DNA of 64,000 nucleotides from Escherichia coli (GTDB lineage Bacteria; Pseudomonadota; Gammaproteobacteria; Enterobacterales; Enterobacteriaceae): NCBI RefSeq assembly GCF_017348835.2, contig NZ_CP072317.1; one strand, 5' to 3'. Shown piece by piece: positions 42,750 to 53,934 of this stretch (position 1 is its first letter; each line of letters starts with the position of its first letter). The notes under the pieces were generated by a model. It saw only the letters and a program-made list of their open reading frames with translations, ran no database searches and was not told where the DNA came from. The position numbers and the translations under genes were made by a program.

Positions 42750-43400
42750 ACCCGTTGAGTTTCGGGAGCCGCGGTTTTGACGTTTCGCGGGAACCTGCTG
42801 CTGTATTCCCTGTGGTATGAACTTCACCCGTTTGAGAACCTTCGCCGCAAGGGGCATCACTGCCACGGCCTGACGCACCTGTCCTGGGCAGAACGCAAAA
42901 TTTTTTACCGGTTTTTGGGTAAAAAATTTTGTGGGCTGTTCATTTACCCTGGACAGTCAGTGCGGCAGGTTGTGGCTGTCTATGCCCCCGGCGACAGGGA
43001 CTCATACGGGTGTGTGGCACCCGGCAGGCAATGAGCAGGGGCCCGCCGCAACGACGGAGAGCGCGTGCGCGAAACGGCGTTGCCCCTTACATCCCGGCGG
43101 CCTTTTGCCGGGATGCCGGGAGCGCAGGCCACGGCGCGACAGAGGCGGCGCGACCGGAACGGTCGCTGCAAGCCAGGGGTTTTCACGCATCGGACCGTAG
43201 CGGCAGCCCGAAACCGCGCCAGCGGGTTCGGCGGAGACTGGCAGGTGCGCCAGCAGCTGCCTGTCGGAGTCGGGCCTGACGACCGGATGCCGCCAGGCAG
43301 CCGGGAGCCGAAGGTGCGCCCGGCAGACAGAACAACACTGCAGTAGTCAGAATCAGAGCAGTAGATAAAGGAACAACAACATCAGGAACAGTTCCATAAC
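42750..43400 (+). promoter_or_regulatory. Frpo/ssi-like repeat unit, copy 3 (diverged)
   Basis: Shares the long hairpin core with copies 1 and 2. Confidence 0.55.
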
Positions 43401-43551
43401 ATAAGAAAGAAACACTCCTGAGTCAGACACATCACAGACGGGAAGGGTAACGGGCGACGCGCCAGCGTGGCCCGCTTCCCTTCCGGCAGGCGTCAGCCTG
43501 CCAGGGGTTTTCGCGCGGGCTGACAGGCGGCCTCCACCGCCTGCCCCTGTA

Positions 43552-43743
43552 TCACCTGTTTATGCTGCCCTGAAGGATGTAGTGACCGCCGAGGAATACA
43601 GCCTGCTGATTCGCCACAAAATCGCAGATTTCATCAACAATCTGCGCAGTGGTGAGCGGTTTCTGCCCCATTTCACGACGCCGCGCATTAATCACGGCTT
43701 TGTAATTGCGCAGAATTTCGCGGGTTTCTGTGCTGATATTCAT
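43552..43743 (-). CDS. hypothetical small protein
   Basis: 63-aa ORF, start overlapping the stop of the 140-aa ORF. Confidence 0.4.
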   Translation of the reverse strand: MNISTETREILRNYKAVINARRREMGQKPLTTAQIVDEICDFVANQQAVFLGGHYILQGSINR

Positions 43744-44162
43744 GACATGTGCTCCCCGTCCAGCGCCTGTAACACAACGTCCATTGCTTCGCGTTCTTCC
43801 CTGACGAATGCGTCACCGTCGCCCCCGTTCTCGCTCCCGACGGCATACAGGCGCTTCATTTCACTGCCTGCCAGCGCCATCACTTTTTCCAGCATCACCG
43901 CCGGAACTGTCACCTGACGGCTGGCGCGCTTTTCTTCCATCAGCTCACGAACAACGTCGTGAACAATGCTGACATCCGCACCATGCGCAAAGGCATCGTC
44001 CAGTCGCTGCATGACGGTTTCCAGCTCATCGTCTGTCAGACTCCAGTCCTGGGCTATGTGACGCACATCCCCACGGGTCAGCACCACGGCAAAAACGCAT
44101 TCACTGTCCGGCACGTCTGTGTTCAGCACTTCGCGGATAATTTCTTTAACAGTACAGTACAT
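43740..44162 (-). CDS. hypothetical protein, paralog of 45879..46313
   Basis: 140-aa ORF; shares MY.T N-terminus and VTVPA motif with the 144-aa ORF. Confidence 0.5.
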   Translation of the reverse strand: MYCTVKEIIREVLNTDVPDSECVFAVVLTRGDVRHIAQDWSLTDDELETVMQRLDDAFAHGADVSIVHDVVRELMEEKRASRQVTVPAVMLEKVMALAGSEMKRLYAVGSENGGDGDAFVREEREAMDVVLQALDGEHMS

Positions 44163-44208
44163 GTTCTCGTCTCCTTTACAGGGGCGGCATTGCCGCCCCG
44201 TCCGTTAA

Positions 44209-44634
44209 TCAGTCCAGTGCCGCGTAAATCGCGTTGCATTCGGGGTGAAATTCGATGTGACGCCACAACTGCGCATCGCGCATCCGGTAAAGCTGGGTCA
44301 GTCCTGCATCCCCGCTGTCGTGGTACAGCCACAACTGGCGGTTAATCACAAGGGAAGTCAGAATGATGCCTGCGGCATCAGCACTCACGGTACGGTCAAA
44401 CCAGTTTGCACCGTTCACCATGTGGAAACGGTCGCCATCCGGCATCATGTAACCGCCACCGTCCGGCAGGCGGATGAAGTGCCAGAAGCCTCCCTGATAT
44501 TCCGGCATCATTTTTTGCGCCAGCGCGTACACATACGCCTCGGCATACAGAAAATCGTTGCCAAACAGATACGGTAGAAAGGAGAGACGGTCGCACTCTT
44601 CAACGTTCAGAGTGACAGGTTTCGCATATTGCAT
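44209..44634 (-). CDS. klcA: KlcA/ArdB-family antirestriction protein
   Basis: 141-aa ORF with motifs resembling KlcA ([35 protein letters not shown]); RBS AGGAGG-like at 44640-44650. Confidence 0.7.
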   Translation of the reverse strand: MQYAKPVTLNVEECDRLSFLPYLFGNDFLYAEAYVYALAQKMMPEYQGGFWHFIRLPDGGGYMMPDGDRFHMVNGANWFDRTVSADAAGIILTSLVINRQLWLYHDSGDAGLTQLYRMRDAQLWRHIEFHPECNAIYAALD

Positions 44635-44659
44635 GATGTTTTCCTCCGTTGTTCACATA

Positions 44660-44910
44660 TTCCGCGACACCGGGCGGTGCCGTGCCTCCATCGTAGCCGG
44701 GCGATAAGGCGGGGATGCACAGGGCGCAAGGGAAGCCGCAGCCTGACGCACACGGCTGGCGGGAGTTGGAGGGTGAGACCGCGAAATCTGAGCGGGTGAA
44801 CGACCGGAAAATCACGGCAGACGGGAAGGAGGGACCGGGTGACCGCAGCGGCGAAGCGTACCCTTGCATCCCTGCCAGCCCGGCTACGATGGAGGCACGG
44901 CACAGCCCGC
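44660..44910 (+). promoter_or_regulatory. long imperfect hairpin immediately 5' of klcA (candidate ssDNA promoter, unrelated in sequence to Frpo)
   Basis: ~26-bp perfect inverted repeat arms (44673-44700 and 44877-44904) with partly palindromic interior. Confidence 0.45.
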
Positions 44911-45051
44911 ACACGACGCTGAGGCCACATAACTGAAAACCCACAAGGCCATGCCCCGCATGGCCGGGTAAAGCGGAGCCGGCGGCGACTTCCTTTGTGC
45001 TCTGTCCGGGGACCGGCAGGAAAAAGGCGGGGATTTACCCCGCCAACGTCA

Positions 45052-45879
45052 TCATTTCCGGATTTTTGCCAGGGCATCCGCCATGCTGCGGATTTCGGCC
45101 CGGGCTTCCCGGACCACCTCCCGCAGAACACCACGGTCAAACCAGCGGCGGGGCGGTTCATCCGGTATACGCAGCACATCGCAGGCCAGCCCACTGGACA
45201 GGATATGCTCAATACAATCGCTGACCAGGTACATTTCCACCGACGAAAAACGTGCTCCCCGGTTCACGATGGCATCGAGCACCACGGGCAGGTTTTCGTC
45301 ATCTTCATCGAGCCAGCAGGGGTGATCGCTTTCCTTCACAACCAGACGAAAGCGGCGCGTCTGGCGAGTCAGCAACGTCTGACCGGTGGTGGTCAGCGCC
45401 GCCCGGATACGCCGCGCATCTTCTGCCACCCGGCAACTGACACTGCGTACCGCATCGCGCACCGCCGCAAGTACAGCCCTGATTTCGTCTTCGGTCAGCC
45501 ATTCTCCGGCATACGGGAAAGACACCTGCGTTCCGTCTGCCGGAAGTACCGGCAGCGACTGCCACTGACTGCCGGACAGTACCAGTTCCGCCCCGGTTCC
45601 GGTCAGTTTCTGAATGGCGGAGGCCAGGAGCGGCGGCAGTACGCCGCCGTGACGGTTGATAAGTAACGTCGCCAGCCGGGGCGCATCCAGCAGAACATAA
45701 ATGCTGATCCAGCCCGGATACTTCGGGTTACGCTGGTCAACATCCGTCTCTTCCGGCCAGCCCTGCGCCAGCAGCAGGTTGCGGGCGTGACGACAAATCA
45801 GTGCGTTCAGCGTGCTGTTTTCGTTCATGATTAAGCGTTCTCCCTGTATCGCCGCCCGCAGGGCAGGCGGCGATAACAT
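45052..45879 (-). CDS. hypothetical leading-region protein (275 aa)
   Basis: ORF abutting the 144-aa ORF. Confidence 0.5.
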   Translation of the reverse strand: MLSPPALRAAIQGERLIMNENSTLNALICRHARNLLLAQGWPEETDVDQRNPKYPGWISIYVLLDAPRLATLLINRHGGVLPPLLASAIQKLTGTGAELVLSGSQWQSLPVLPADGTQVSFPYAGEWLTEDEIRAVLAAVRDAVRSVSCRVAEDARRIRAALTTTGQTLLTRQTRRFRLVVKESDHPCWLDEDDENLPVVLDAIVNRGARFSSVEMYLVSDCIEHILSSGLACDVLRIPDEPPRRWFDRGVLREVVREARAEIRSMADALAKIRK

Positions 45880-46313
45880 CAGTCGTTTTCGTGTGTGTTG
45901 TTTTTCAGCAGGGTGCGGGCCTGATTAACCACCTCCTGACGGCGGGTGACGCATTCCGGGACGGCGAGGCCATGATCCCGGGCGGCCCATTCACGTTTCC
46001 ACAATGCCTGTTCAGCGGTCTGAATCAGGGACGCCAGCAGTTCAGCAGGGACGGTCACCAGGCGGTTTTCGCTCTCGTTGCGGATAATCTCCATCACCGC
46101 AGCGGAAGAAATACCGGACTCAATCCGCTGGTCTTCCGGGATGTCCTCCAGGCGTGCCAGGACGGTCCTGATTTCATGACCGGTCAGAGAAATTTCCATA
46201 CCGTCAGCCAGTGCCTGAATCTCTTCCGGGGACCAGATAACCAGCATCAGCGGCATGTCTCCCGGATACTTTACTGCCAGCTCCCGGCATAGCGTTTCGC
46301 ATGTTCCGTACAT
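45879..46313 (-). CDS. hypothetical protein, paralog of 43740..44162
   Basis: 144-aa ORF. Confidence 0.5.
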   Translation of the reverse strand: MYGTCETLCRELAVKYPGDMPLMLVIWSPEEIQALADGMEISLTGHEIRTVLARLEDIPEDQRIESGISSAAVMEIIRNESENRLVTVPAELLASLIQTAEQALWKREWAARDHGLAVPECVTRRQEVVNQARTLLKNNTHEND

Positions 46314-46326
46314 TCTCGTCTCCTTC

Positions 46327-46548
46327 TCAATCTTTAAAGCACGCTTCCAGTTCCAGAATTTCGGTATATGCCTCCATCAGGAGGCGGTTTGCGCGAAACA
46401 GCGTCTGACGCACCAGACGTTCCGGCAGGGTGTCGGCATTAAAGCTGTACCGCTGCTCCATCTCATTCATGGTTGTACGCAGGTCGCACATGGCATTGGC
46501 CACCTCCGCCACTTCGGCGCGCAGTTTTTCGTGTCCTGCATAGTTCAT
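46327..46548 (-). CDS. hypothetical small protein
   Basis: 73-aa ORF abutting the methyltransferase stop. Confidence 0.4.
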   Translation of the reverse strand: MNYAGHEKLRAEVAEVANAMCDLRTTMNEMEQRYSFNADTLPERLVRQTLFRANRLLMEAYTEILELEACFKD

Positions 46549-47232
46549 TTACGCAGCCTCCGGCATAAACCAGTCATCATTCGCGGCCCCCTGCTGCATG
46601 GCCCGTTGCACGGCGGCAAGGCGTTGCTGCCCGGCACGGTGATACTGCTCAAGCAGCTCGATACCGATATACCGGCGTCCGGACTGGAGGGCGGCGACGC
46701 AGGTTGAGCCGCTGCCTGCAAACGGGTCCAGCACAATTGCGTTCGGGTGTGTGAAGCTCTCAATCAGCGGTTGCAGGCTGGTAACGGGCTTTTCCGTCGG
46801 GTGATGGCGATTGCCCGAATATTTCCAGCCCAGCACGTCCGGCAGCGGGTTTTGTGGCAGACGTGGACGGCCTTTTGCCAGGATGTAGGCACATTCGTGG
46901 CGATAGCCCACATATGCGGCCTTCGATGTGTAGTTTTTGGTGAAGACCAGGTGACCAACAACGCTGAATCCCGCATTTTTCCAGGCGGCCATAAAGCGAT
47001 CGACGCGGTTCCAGCCATAGAAGCTCACCATTAACGCGTCTTTTTTGAGTACGCGGTACATTTCATTACAGGCTGGTTGCAGCCATTCATCGGTTTTATC
47101 GCCGGCGATGGTGCGCCCGGAACGGTCACGGAAACCGACGAGATACGGCGGGTCGGTGAGGATGAAATCGACAGCATTGCCCGGAAACGTGGCCATAACA
47201 CGCACGCAGTCACCCAGGATAAAACGGGACAT
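46549..47232 (-). CDS. orphan DNA N6-adenine (or N4-cytosine) methyltransferase, DPPY motif
   Basis: 227-aa ORF with DPPY then FAGSGS; no adjacent restriction endonuclease. Confidence 0.8.
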   Translation of the reverse strand: MSRFILGDCVRVMATFPGNAVDFILTDPPYLVGFRDRSGRTIAGDKTDEWLQPACNEMYRVLKKDALMVSFYGWNRVDRFMAAWKNAGFSVVGHLVFTKNYTSKAAYVGYRHECAYILAKGRPRLPQNPLPDVLGWKYSGNRHHPTEKPVTSLQPLIESFTHPNAIVLDPFAGSGSTCVAALQSGRRYIGIELLEQYHRAGQQRLAAVQRAMQQGAANDDWFMPEAA

Positions 47233-47249
47233 AACAGCACTCCTTCTCT

Positions 47250-47560
47250 TACAGAGGGCACCGGGAGGGCACCCCTGTGGTGCCCGTTCCCCGCTGCCTG
47301 TGGGCTGTTCACCGCGTCCGGTAACGGGTCAGGCCGACCGTGGAATACCGCAGCCGTCGTCTTTTTGACGGCGAGGATATGCCGCGAAAGCGGCTTGAAG
47401 GGCGTTCATCAGAAAAGGGCGACGGGCTGGCGTACACTGTCACCAACGCCAGCCGGGAGCGGTAAAAGCGCCCGTCCCGTGCCCGGCCGGACGCGGGACA
47501 CTGACCACAGGCAGCGTTCCTGCCGCGCCGCGTCAGCCGGCGCAGTAAAAAGAGGAGCCC
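47250..47560 (+). promoter_or_regulatory. long imperfect hairpin 5' of the methyltransferase operon (candidate ssDNA promoter)
   Basis: Arms CGCTGCCTGTGGGCTGTTCACCGCGTCCGG and reverse complement of about 47500-47550, central palindrome near 47400; shares GTGGGCTGTTCA with the Frpo-like repeats. Confidence 0.4.
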
Positions 47561-47569
47561 GGCGACATC

Positions 47570-47745
47570 TTTTGTTACCCGCCAAACAAAACCCAAAAAC
47601 AACCCATACCCAACCCAATAAAACACCAAAACAAGACAAATAATCATTGATTGATGGTTGAAATGGGGTAAACTTGACAAACAAACCCACTTAAAACCCA
47701 AAACATACCCAAACACACACCAAAAAAACACCATAAGGAGTTTTA
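47570..47745. promoter_or_regulatory. parC: parC-like centromere/promoter region upstream of parM
   Basis: A/C-rich iterated AAACCCA-like repeats flanking a promoter-like core. Confidence 0.5.
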
Positions 47746-47748
47746 TAA

Positions 47749-48711
47749 ATGTTGGTATTCATTGATGACGGTTCAACAAACATCAAACTACAGTGGCAGG
47801 AAAGCGACGGAACAATTAAACAGCACATTAGCCCGAACAGCTTCAAACGCGAGTGGGCAGTCTCTTTTGGTGATAAAAAGGTCTTTAACTACACACTGAA
47901 CGGCGAACAGTATTCATTTGATCCAATCAGCCCGGATGCTGTAGTCACAACCAATATCGCATGGCAATACAGCGACGTTAATGTCGTTGCAGTGCATCAC
48001 GCCTTACTGACCAGTGGTCTGCCGGTAAGCGAAGTGGATATTGTTTGCACACTTCCTCTGACAGAGTATTACGACAGAAATAACCAACCCAATACGGAAA
48101 ATATTGAGCGTAAGAAAGCAAACTTCCGGAAAAAAATTACATTAAATGGCGGGGATACATTCACAATAAAAGATGTAAAAGTCATGCCTGAATCTATACC
48201 GGCAGGTTATGAAGTTCTACAAGAACTGGATGAGTTAGATTCTTTATTAATTATAGATCTCGGGGGCACCACATTAGATATTTCTCAGGTAATGGGGAAA
48301 TTATCGGGGATCAGTAAAATATACGGAGACTCATCTCTTGGTGTCTCTCTGGTTACATCTGCAGTAAAAGATGCCCTTTCTCTTGCGAGAACAAAAGGAA
48401 GTAGCTATCTTGCTGACGATATAATCATTCACAGAAAAGATAATAACTATCTGAAGCAACGAATTAATGATGAGAACAAAATATCAATAGTCACCGAAGC
48501 AATGAATGAAGCACTTCGTAAACTTGAGCAACGTGTATTAAATACGCTCAATGAATTTTCTGGTTATACTCATGTTATGGTTATAGGCGGTGGCGCAGAA
48601 TTAATATGCGATGCAGTAAAAAAACACACACAGATTCGTGATGAACGTTTTTTCAAAACCAATAACTCTCAATATGATTTAGTTAACGGTATGTATCTCA
48701 TAGGTAATTAA
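47749..48711 (+). CDS. parM: ParM/StbA actin-like partition ATPase
   Basis: 320-aa ORF starting [16 protein letters not shown], matches R1 ParM. Confidence 0.95.
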
Positions 48712-49064
48712 TGATGGACAAGCGCAGAACCATTGCCTTCAAACTAAATCCAGATGTAAATCAAACAGATAAAATTGTTTGTGATACACTGGACAGTATC
48801 CCGCAAGGGGAACGAAGCCGCCTTAACCGGGCCGCACTGACGGCAGGTCTGGCCTTATACAGACAAGATCCCCGGACCCCTTTCCTTTTATGTGAGCTGC
48901 TGACGAAAGAAACCACATTTTCAGATATCGTGAATATATTGAGATCGCTATTTCCAAAAGAGATGGCCGATTTTAATTCTTCAATAGTCACTCAATCCTC
49001 TTCACAACAAGAGCAAAAAAGTGATGAAGAGACCAAAAAAAATGCGATGAAGCTAATAAATTAA
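48711..49064 (+). CDS. parR: ParR/StbB centromere-binding protein
   Basis: 117-aa ORF, start overlapping parM stop. Confidence 0.9.
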   Translation: MMDKRRTIAFKLNPDVNQTDKIVCDTLDSIPQGERSRLNRAALTAGLALYRQDPRTPFLLCELLTKETTFSDIVNILRSLFPKEMADFNSSIVTQSSSQQEQKSDEETKKNAMKLIN

Positions 49065-49186
49065 TTCAATTATTATTGAGTTCCCTTTATCCACTATCAG
49101 GCTGGATAAAGGGAACTCAATCAAGTTATTTTCTTACCAGTCATTACATAATCGTTATTATGAAATAATCGTTTGCACTGTCTCTG

Positions 49187-49522
49187 TTATTCAGGCAATT
49201 TCAATAAAGGCACTTGCTCACGCTCTGTCATTTTCTGAAACTCTTCATGCTGCATTTCGATTTTTCTTCTAAAATCATAACTTGCATACCTGTTCTTTTT
49301 ATGTATATCCAGATCTATTTTTGTGACGAGTTCAAACCACAATGATAGCACTCCCCATGCAGCGTTATGAAACATTTCCGCAACAGATTTAGAGTCTGTA
49401 TTAACCGCTTCAGTCATGTAGTCGCTAATACGTTCTGCAGTGATTTTCGTTATTTCATCGTAATTCATTTTATCCCCTACAAGACTATTTAATGGAATGA
49501 AAAATATTTGGTCTGATAACAA
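49187..49522 (-). CDS. hypothetical protein
   Basis: 111-aa AT-rich ORF downstream of parR. Confidence 0.3.
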
Positions 49523-50721
49523 TGCTCCTGAATTAACACCTGCAGGCTATGTTAAAGTTGCCCTCACACACAATCTACCTGTTTTCTCGTGTGTGTCACA
49601 GGCGCAATACATAAATAGTCTGGCCATTAAGTTCGTAACGGATTTCGTACTCGCCAGCAAAAATCCGTCTGACATCCCTGGTTTCAAACTGAAACAACTG
49701 TTCATCCCATACGTGGATGAGTTAACAGAATGACCGGCGCCTGTGTCAGGGACTACACCGTTTTGGCTGCAGCTGGTTTACTGACCAACGCCAGAAAATC
49801 ATATAACTGCGTCAATGTCAGCGTATCCAGCGCGACTGTATTATTTTTCTCTGCAACCAGAATATTGCATTAGGTTATTACCAGGTGTTCTAATGTACAG
49901 GTAAAGACGTTCTTTATAATCTGAAATCTCTACTTTTAATCCCTCAGACTTTGCCTGCTGAAAGCCCTCGTCAAGGTGCGCTTTTATTAGGTTAATGTCT
50001 GGATGTCTTGTATCGGGGGCAATTCTGTATTGGTGTAACGATGGGGTGGATGTTCCCTGCAATAAGACCTCCAGATAGAGATTGGCACAACCATTCCCAT
50101 TATTTCTAATAGTTTATTGGTAATCACAAACTGTATATTTAGCCATTATATTGAATCCTGTGAAGTAAACGGCGACGGCTCAAAATTTTATCAAACCTAA
50201 GATAATTCTACCATCAAAGTTAATAATTTGAATTTATATGACGGCTCTATGGGGGGGTAAAAATCCCCGTGCAGAGAGGCGATTTTCAGAGTTGAAAACG
50301 TCGTCGTTAAGAACACCAAAGTCAGTACCACCAACCCGGAAAGTAGCTTCATGCACCGGGACAACAGCAGTTTTGGTGTCCGAAATCGTACAATTCTGTA
50401 CATCTACGCAAGGAAATGTACGGAAGTAAGCCAAATGGTTATCGGACGGTCGGAACATTTCGTACAGCCTTTACGTTCAGTGAGTTAGCTGGCCTAGATG
50501 TAACCACTCGTTCAACTCAATTCTCTTAGCGTGGGAAAATTTCCGTTTTCCAAGCGGCCCCCTCAAGCGGACCCCTTATAGTACAATAATTTTCGATATC
50601 CAAACTGCCCCCAATTACATCTCCAGTCTCTGGCAGCAGAGATCATATATTTCCATTGCCGCCGTAGCCACGATATTCTGGCTATTCACAAAAACAATTT
50701 AGCCCCAAAGCGCAGTAAAAA

Positions 50722-50760
50722 AGTACACTATGAAGGTGTATGATACCTTCATAGTGCTTA
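50722..50760 (-). terminator. rho-independent terminator after the truncated gene
   Basis: Hairpin CACTATGAAGG..CCTTCATAGTG followed by a T-run on the minus strand. Confidence 0.55.
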
Positions 50761-50765
50761 AGTAA

Positions 50766-51263
50766 TTATGAGTAATATAATCTGTGTAAACTACTAATTG
50801 CTTCACCGTCAGTGATTAAATGCGTAGCTGTTCCTTGTCTTATATAATACCTATTTTCAAAATGACAGACTTCTCCGACACTTTTTATTTCGATTTTTAA
50901 AACATGCAGTCCTTCATATGAACATAATGAAATATCTTTTAGTATTTGTTGTTTCAAAGCCTCATTAAAATTAAATGATTCTATTTTTTGTTTTATGAAC
51001 AGAAAGTAATTATCTATGTTTTTTGATTGAATTACAGCTTCATGATCAATTCCATTGATATAATAGCCATTGCACTCAATAGGGGTAACACCATATAAAG
51101 TCTTAACTCTGTCTGCCGTAGCTTTGGTATCGGAAACACCAACTAAAATATAACCATTAGATTCTCTACCGATGTTATTTATGGCGACAGCCGTTTGGAC
51201 TATATTAATGAAACATTCTTCGTCTATTTTATTCTCGCCTGAGAGAATAAATAATCCCTGTTT
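50766..51263 (-). pseudogene. 5'-truncated gene remnant of unknown function, cut by the IS1 end
   Basis: Frame open from 51263 to stop at 50766 with no ATG; ORF track lists only the last 63 codons (TTG start). Confidence 0.45.
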
Positions 51264-51346
51264 GGTAATGACTCCAACTTATTGATAGTGTTTTATGTTC
51301 AGATAATGCCCGATGACTTTGTCATGCAGCTCCACCGATTTTGAGA
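51264..51346 (-). mobile_element. IS1 right-end fragment (last ~84 bp), truncated by IS26
   Basis: GGTAATGACTCCAACTTATTGATAGTGTTTTATGTTCAGATAATGCCCGATGAC matches the IS1 terminus. Confidence 0.8.
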
Positions 51347-52166
51347 GGCACTGTTGCAAATAGTCGGTGGTGATAAACTTATCATCCCCTTTTGCTGATG
51401 GAGCTGCACATGAACCCATTCAAAGGCCGGCATTTTCAGCGTGACATCATTCTGTGGGCCGTACGCTGGTACTGCAAATACGGCATCAGTTACCGTGAGC
51501 TGCAGGAGATGCTGGCTGAACGCGGAGTGAATGTCGATCACTCCACGATTTACCGCTGGGTTCAGCGTTATGCGCCTGAAATGGAAAAACGGCTGCGCTG
51601 GTACTGGCGTAACCCTTCCGATCTTTGCCCGTGGCACATGGATGAAACCTACGTGAAGGTCAATGGCCGCTGGGCGTATCTGTACCGGGCCGTCGACAGC
51701 CGGGGCCGCACTGTCGATTTTTATCTCTCCTCCCGTCGTAACAGCAAAGCTGCATACCGGTTTCTGGGTAAAATCCTCAACAACGTGAAGAAGTGGCAGA
51801 TCCCACGATTCATCAACACGGATAAAGCGCCCGCCTATGGTCGCGCGCTTGCTCTGCTCAAACGCGAAGGCCGGTGCCCGTCTGACGTTGAACACCGACA
51901 GATTAAGTACCGGAACAACGTGATTGAATGCGATCATGGCAAACTGAAACGGATAATCAACGCCACGCTGGGATTTAAATCCATGAAGACGGCTTACGCC
52001 ACCATCAAAGGTATTGAGGTGATGCGTGCACTACGCAAAGGCCAGGCCTCAGCATTTTATTATGGTGATCCCCTGGGCGAAATGCGCCTGGTAAGCAGAG
52101 TTTTTGAAATGTAAGGCCTTTGAATAAGACAAAAGGCTGCCTCATCGCTAACTTTGCAACAGTGCC
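51347..52166 (+). mobile_element. IS26 copy 1 (820 bp)
   Basis: Terminal repeats GGCACTGTTGCAAA at both ends. Confidence 0.95.
51410..52114 (+). CDS. tnpA: IS26 transposase Tnp26, Asn in the KLKRII(N)ATLGFK motif
   Basis: 234 aa from MNPFKG; differs from copies 2 and 3 (Gly) at this one residue. Confidence 0.95.
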
Positions 52167-52408
52167 CGTACAAGGGAGTGTATGAAAAATGTCTGGTATA
52201 ATAAGAATATCATCAATAAAATTGAGTGTTGCTCTGTGGATAACTTGCAGAGTTTATTAAGTATCATTGCAGCAAAGATGAAATCAATGATTTATCAAAA
52301 ATGATTGAAAGGTGGTTGTAAATAATGTTACAATGTGTGAGAAGCAGTCTAAATTCTTCGTGAAATAGTGATTTTTGAAGCTAATAAAAAACACACGTGG
52401 AATTTAGG
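52167..52408 (+). mobile_element. truncated ISEcp1 3' end with outward promoter region
   Basis: TGAAAGGTGGTTGTAAATAATGTTACAATGTGTGAGAAGC ... ACACACGTGGAATTTAGG, then 127-bp spacer to bla start. Confidence 0.85.
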
Positions 52409-52481
52409 TTTCATTCTGGCGACGTCCGTATTTGCCTTTCGGAAGCATAAAATCGGACGCGTTGTGGCTCGCTTCAGGTAA

Positions 52482-53411
<930 letters not shown>

Positions 53412-53457
53412 TAGCGGAAACGGAATGGGGAAACTCATTCCGTTTTTGTTTATCGCC

Positions 53458-53934
53458 TTAGACGGCAAAAGTGCTGTCGCCCACCTGCGCTTGCGCATAC
53501 CAGGCCATAAGCTCCGTGGTTCCTGGTTCTCCTTCCGCTGGAGCCCAGTGCGCATAGTCATCGGCAGCCACGGGTTGATAGCCACCGTGTTTTACTTCAA
53601 AAATTATGCCACCGGTATCCAGCGACAGCACGGCATGCCAGGTTCCTGCGGCCATCTCCAGCACCGTACAGGTTTCCCCCAATATCGCCCGATGGGTGAC
53701 GGTACCCCGATCGTCAAAATTCAGCACCACGAAACGACCCCTTAATGGCAACAGTAGCTCGAAGGTGTGAGGGTGTCGGTGCGGGCGCACGTAGGTCCCA
53801 GGTTCCATGGCAATAGCCAGACGTTGGACCGAATCGCTTAATTCTGGATGGAAATTACGGTGCGCGCGGAGCCGAGGCGATTGCACAGCCGCTGCGCTCT
53901 GTTGCTGCATATCGCTCATGGTAATTTGTTTCAT
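53458..53934 (-). CDS. orf477 / WbuC-family cupin protein
   Basis: 158-aa ORF typically found downstream of blaCTX-M-1-group genes. Confidence 0.8.
   Translation of the reverse strand: MKQITMSDMQQQSAAAVQSPRLRAHRNFHPELSDSVQRLAIAMEPGTYVRPHRHPHTFELLLPLRGRFVVLNFDDRGTVTHRAILGETCTVLEMAAGTWHAVLSLDTGGIIFEVKHGGYQPVAADDYAHWAPAEGEPGTTELMAWYAQAQVGDSTFAV

Noticed and set aside
39431-43400. Possible CRISPR array suggested by repeated sequence blocks
   Set aside because: The repeats are ~650 bp long and contain hairpins and microsatellites, not short regular repeat-spacer units; no cas genes present.
44600-45212. Overlapping minus-strand ORFs of 114 and 201 aa upstream of klcA
   Set aside because: They span the long inverted repeat and GC-rich spacer; arginine-rich, low-complexity translations typical of non-coding GC-rich DNA.
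51299-51937. 212-aa ORF antisense to the IS26 transposase (repeated at 55163..55843 and 57500..58141)
   Set aside because: Known artefactual antisense frame inside IS26; identical in each copy only because the IS is identical.
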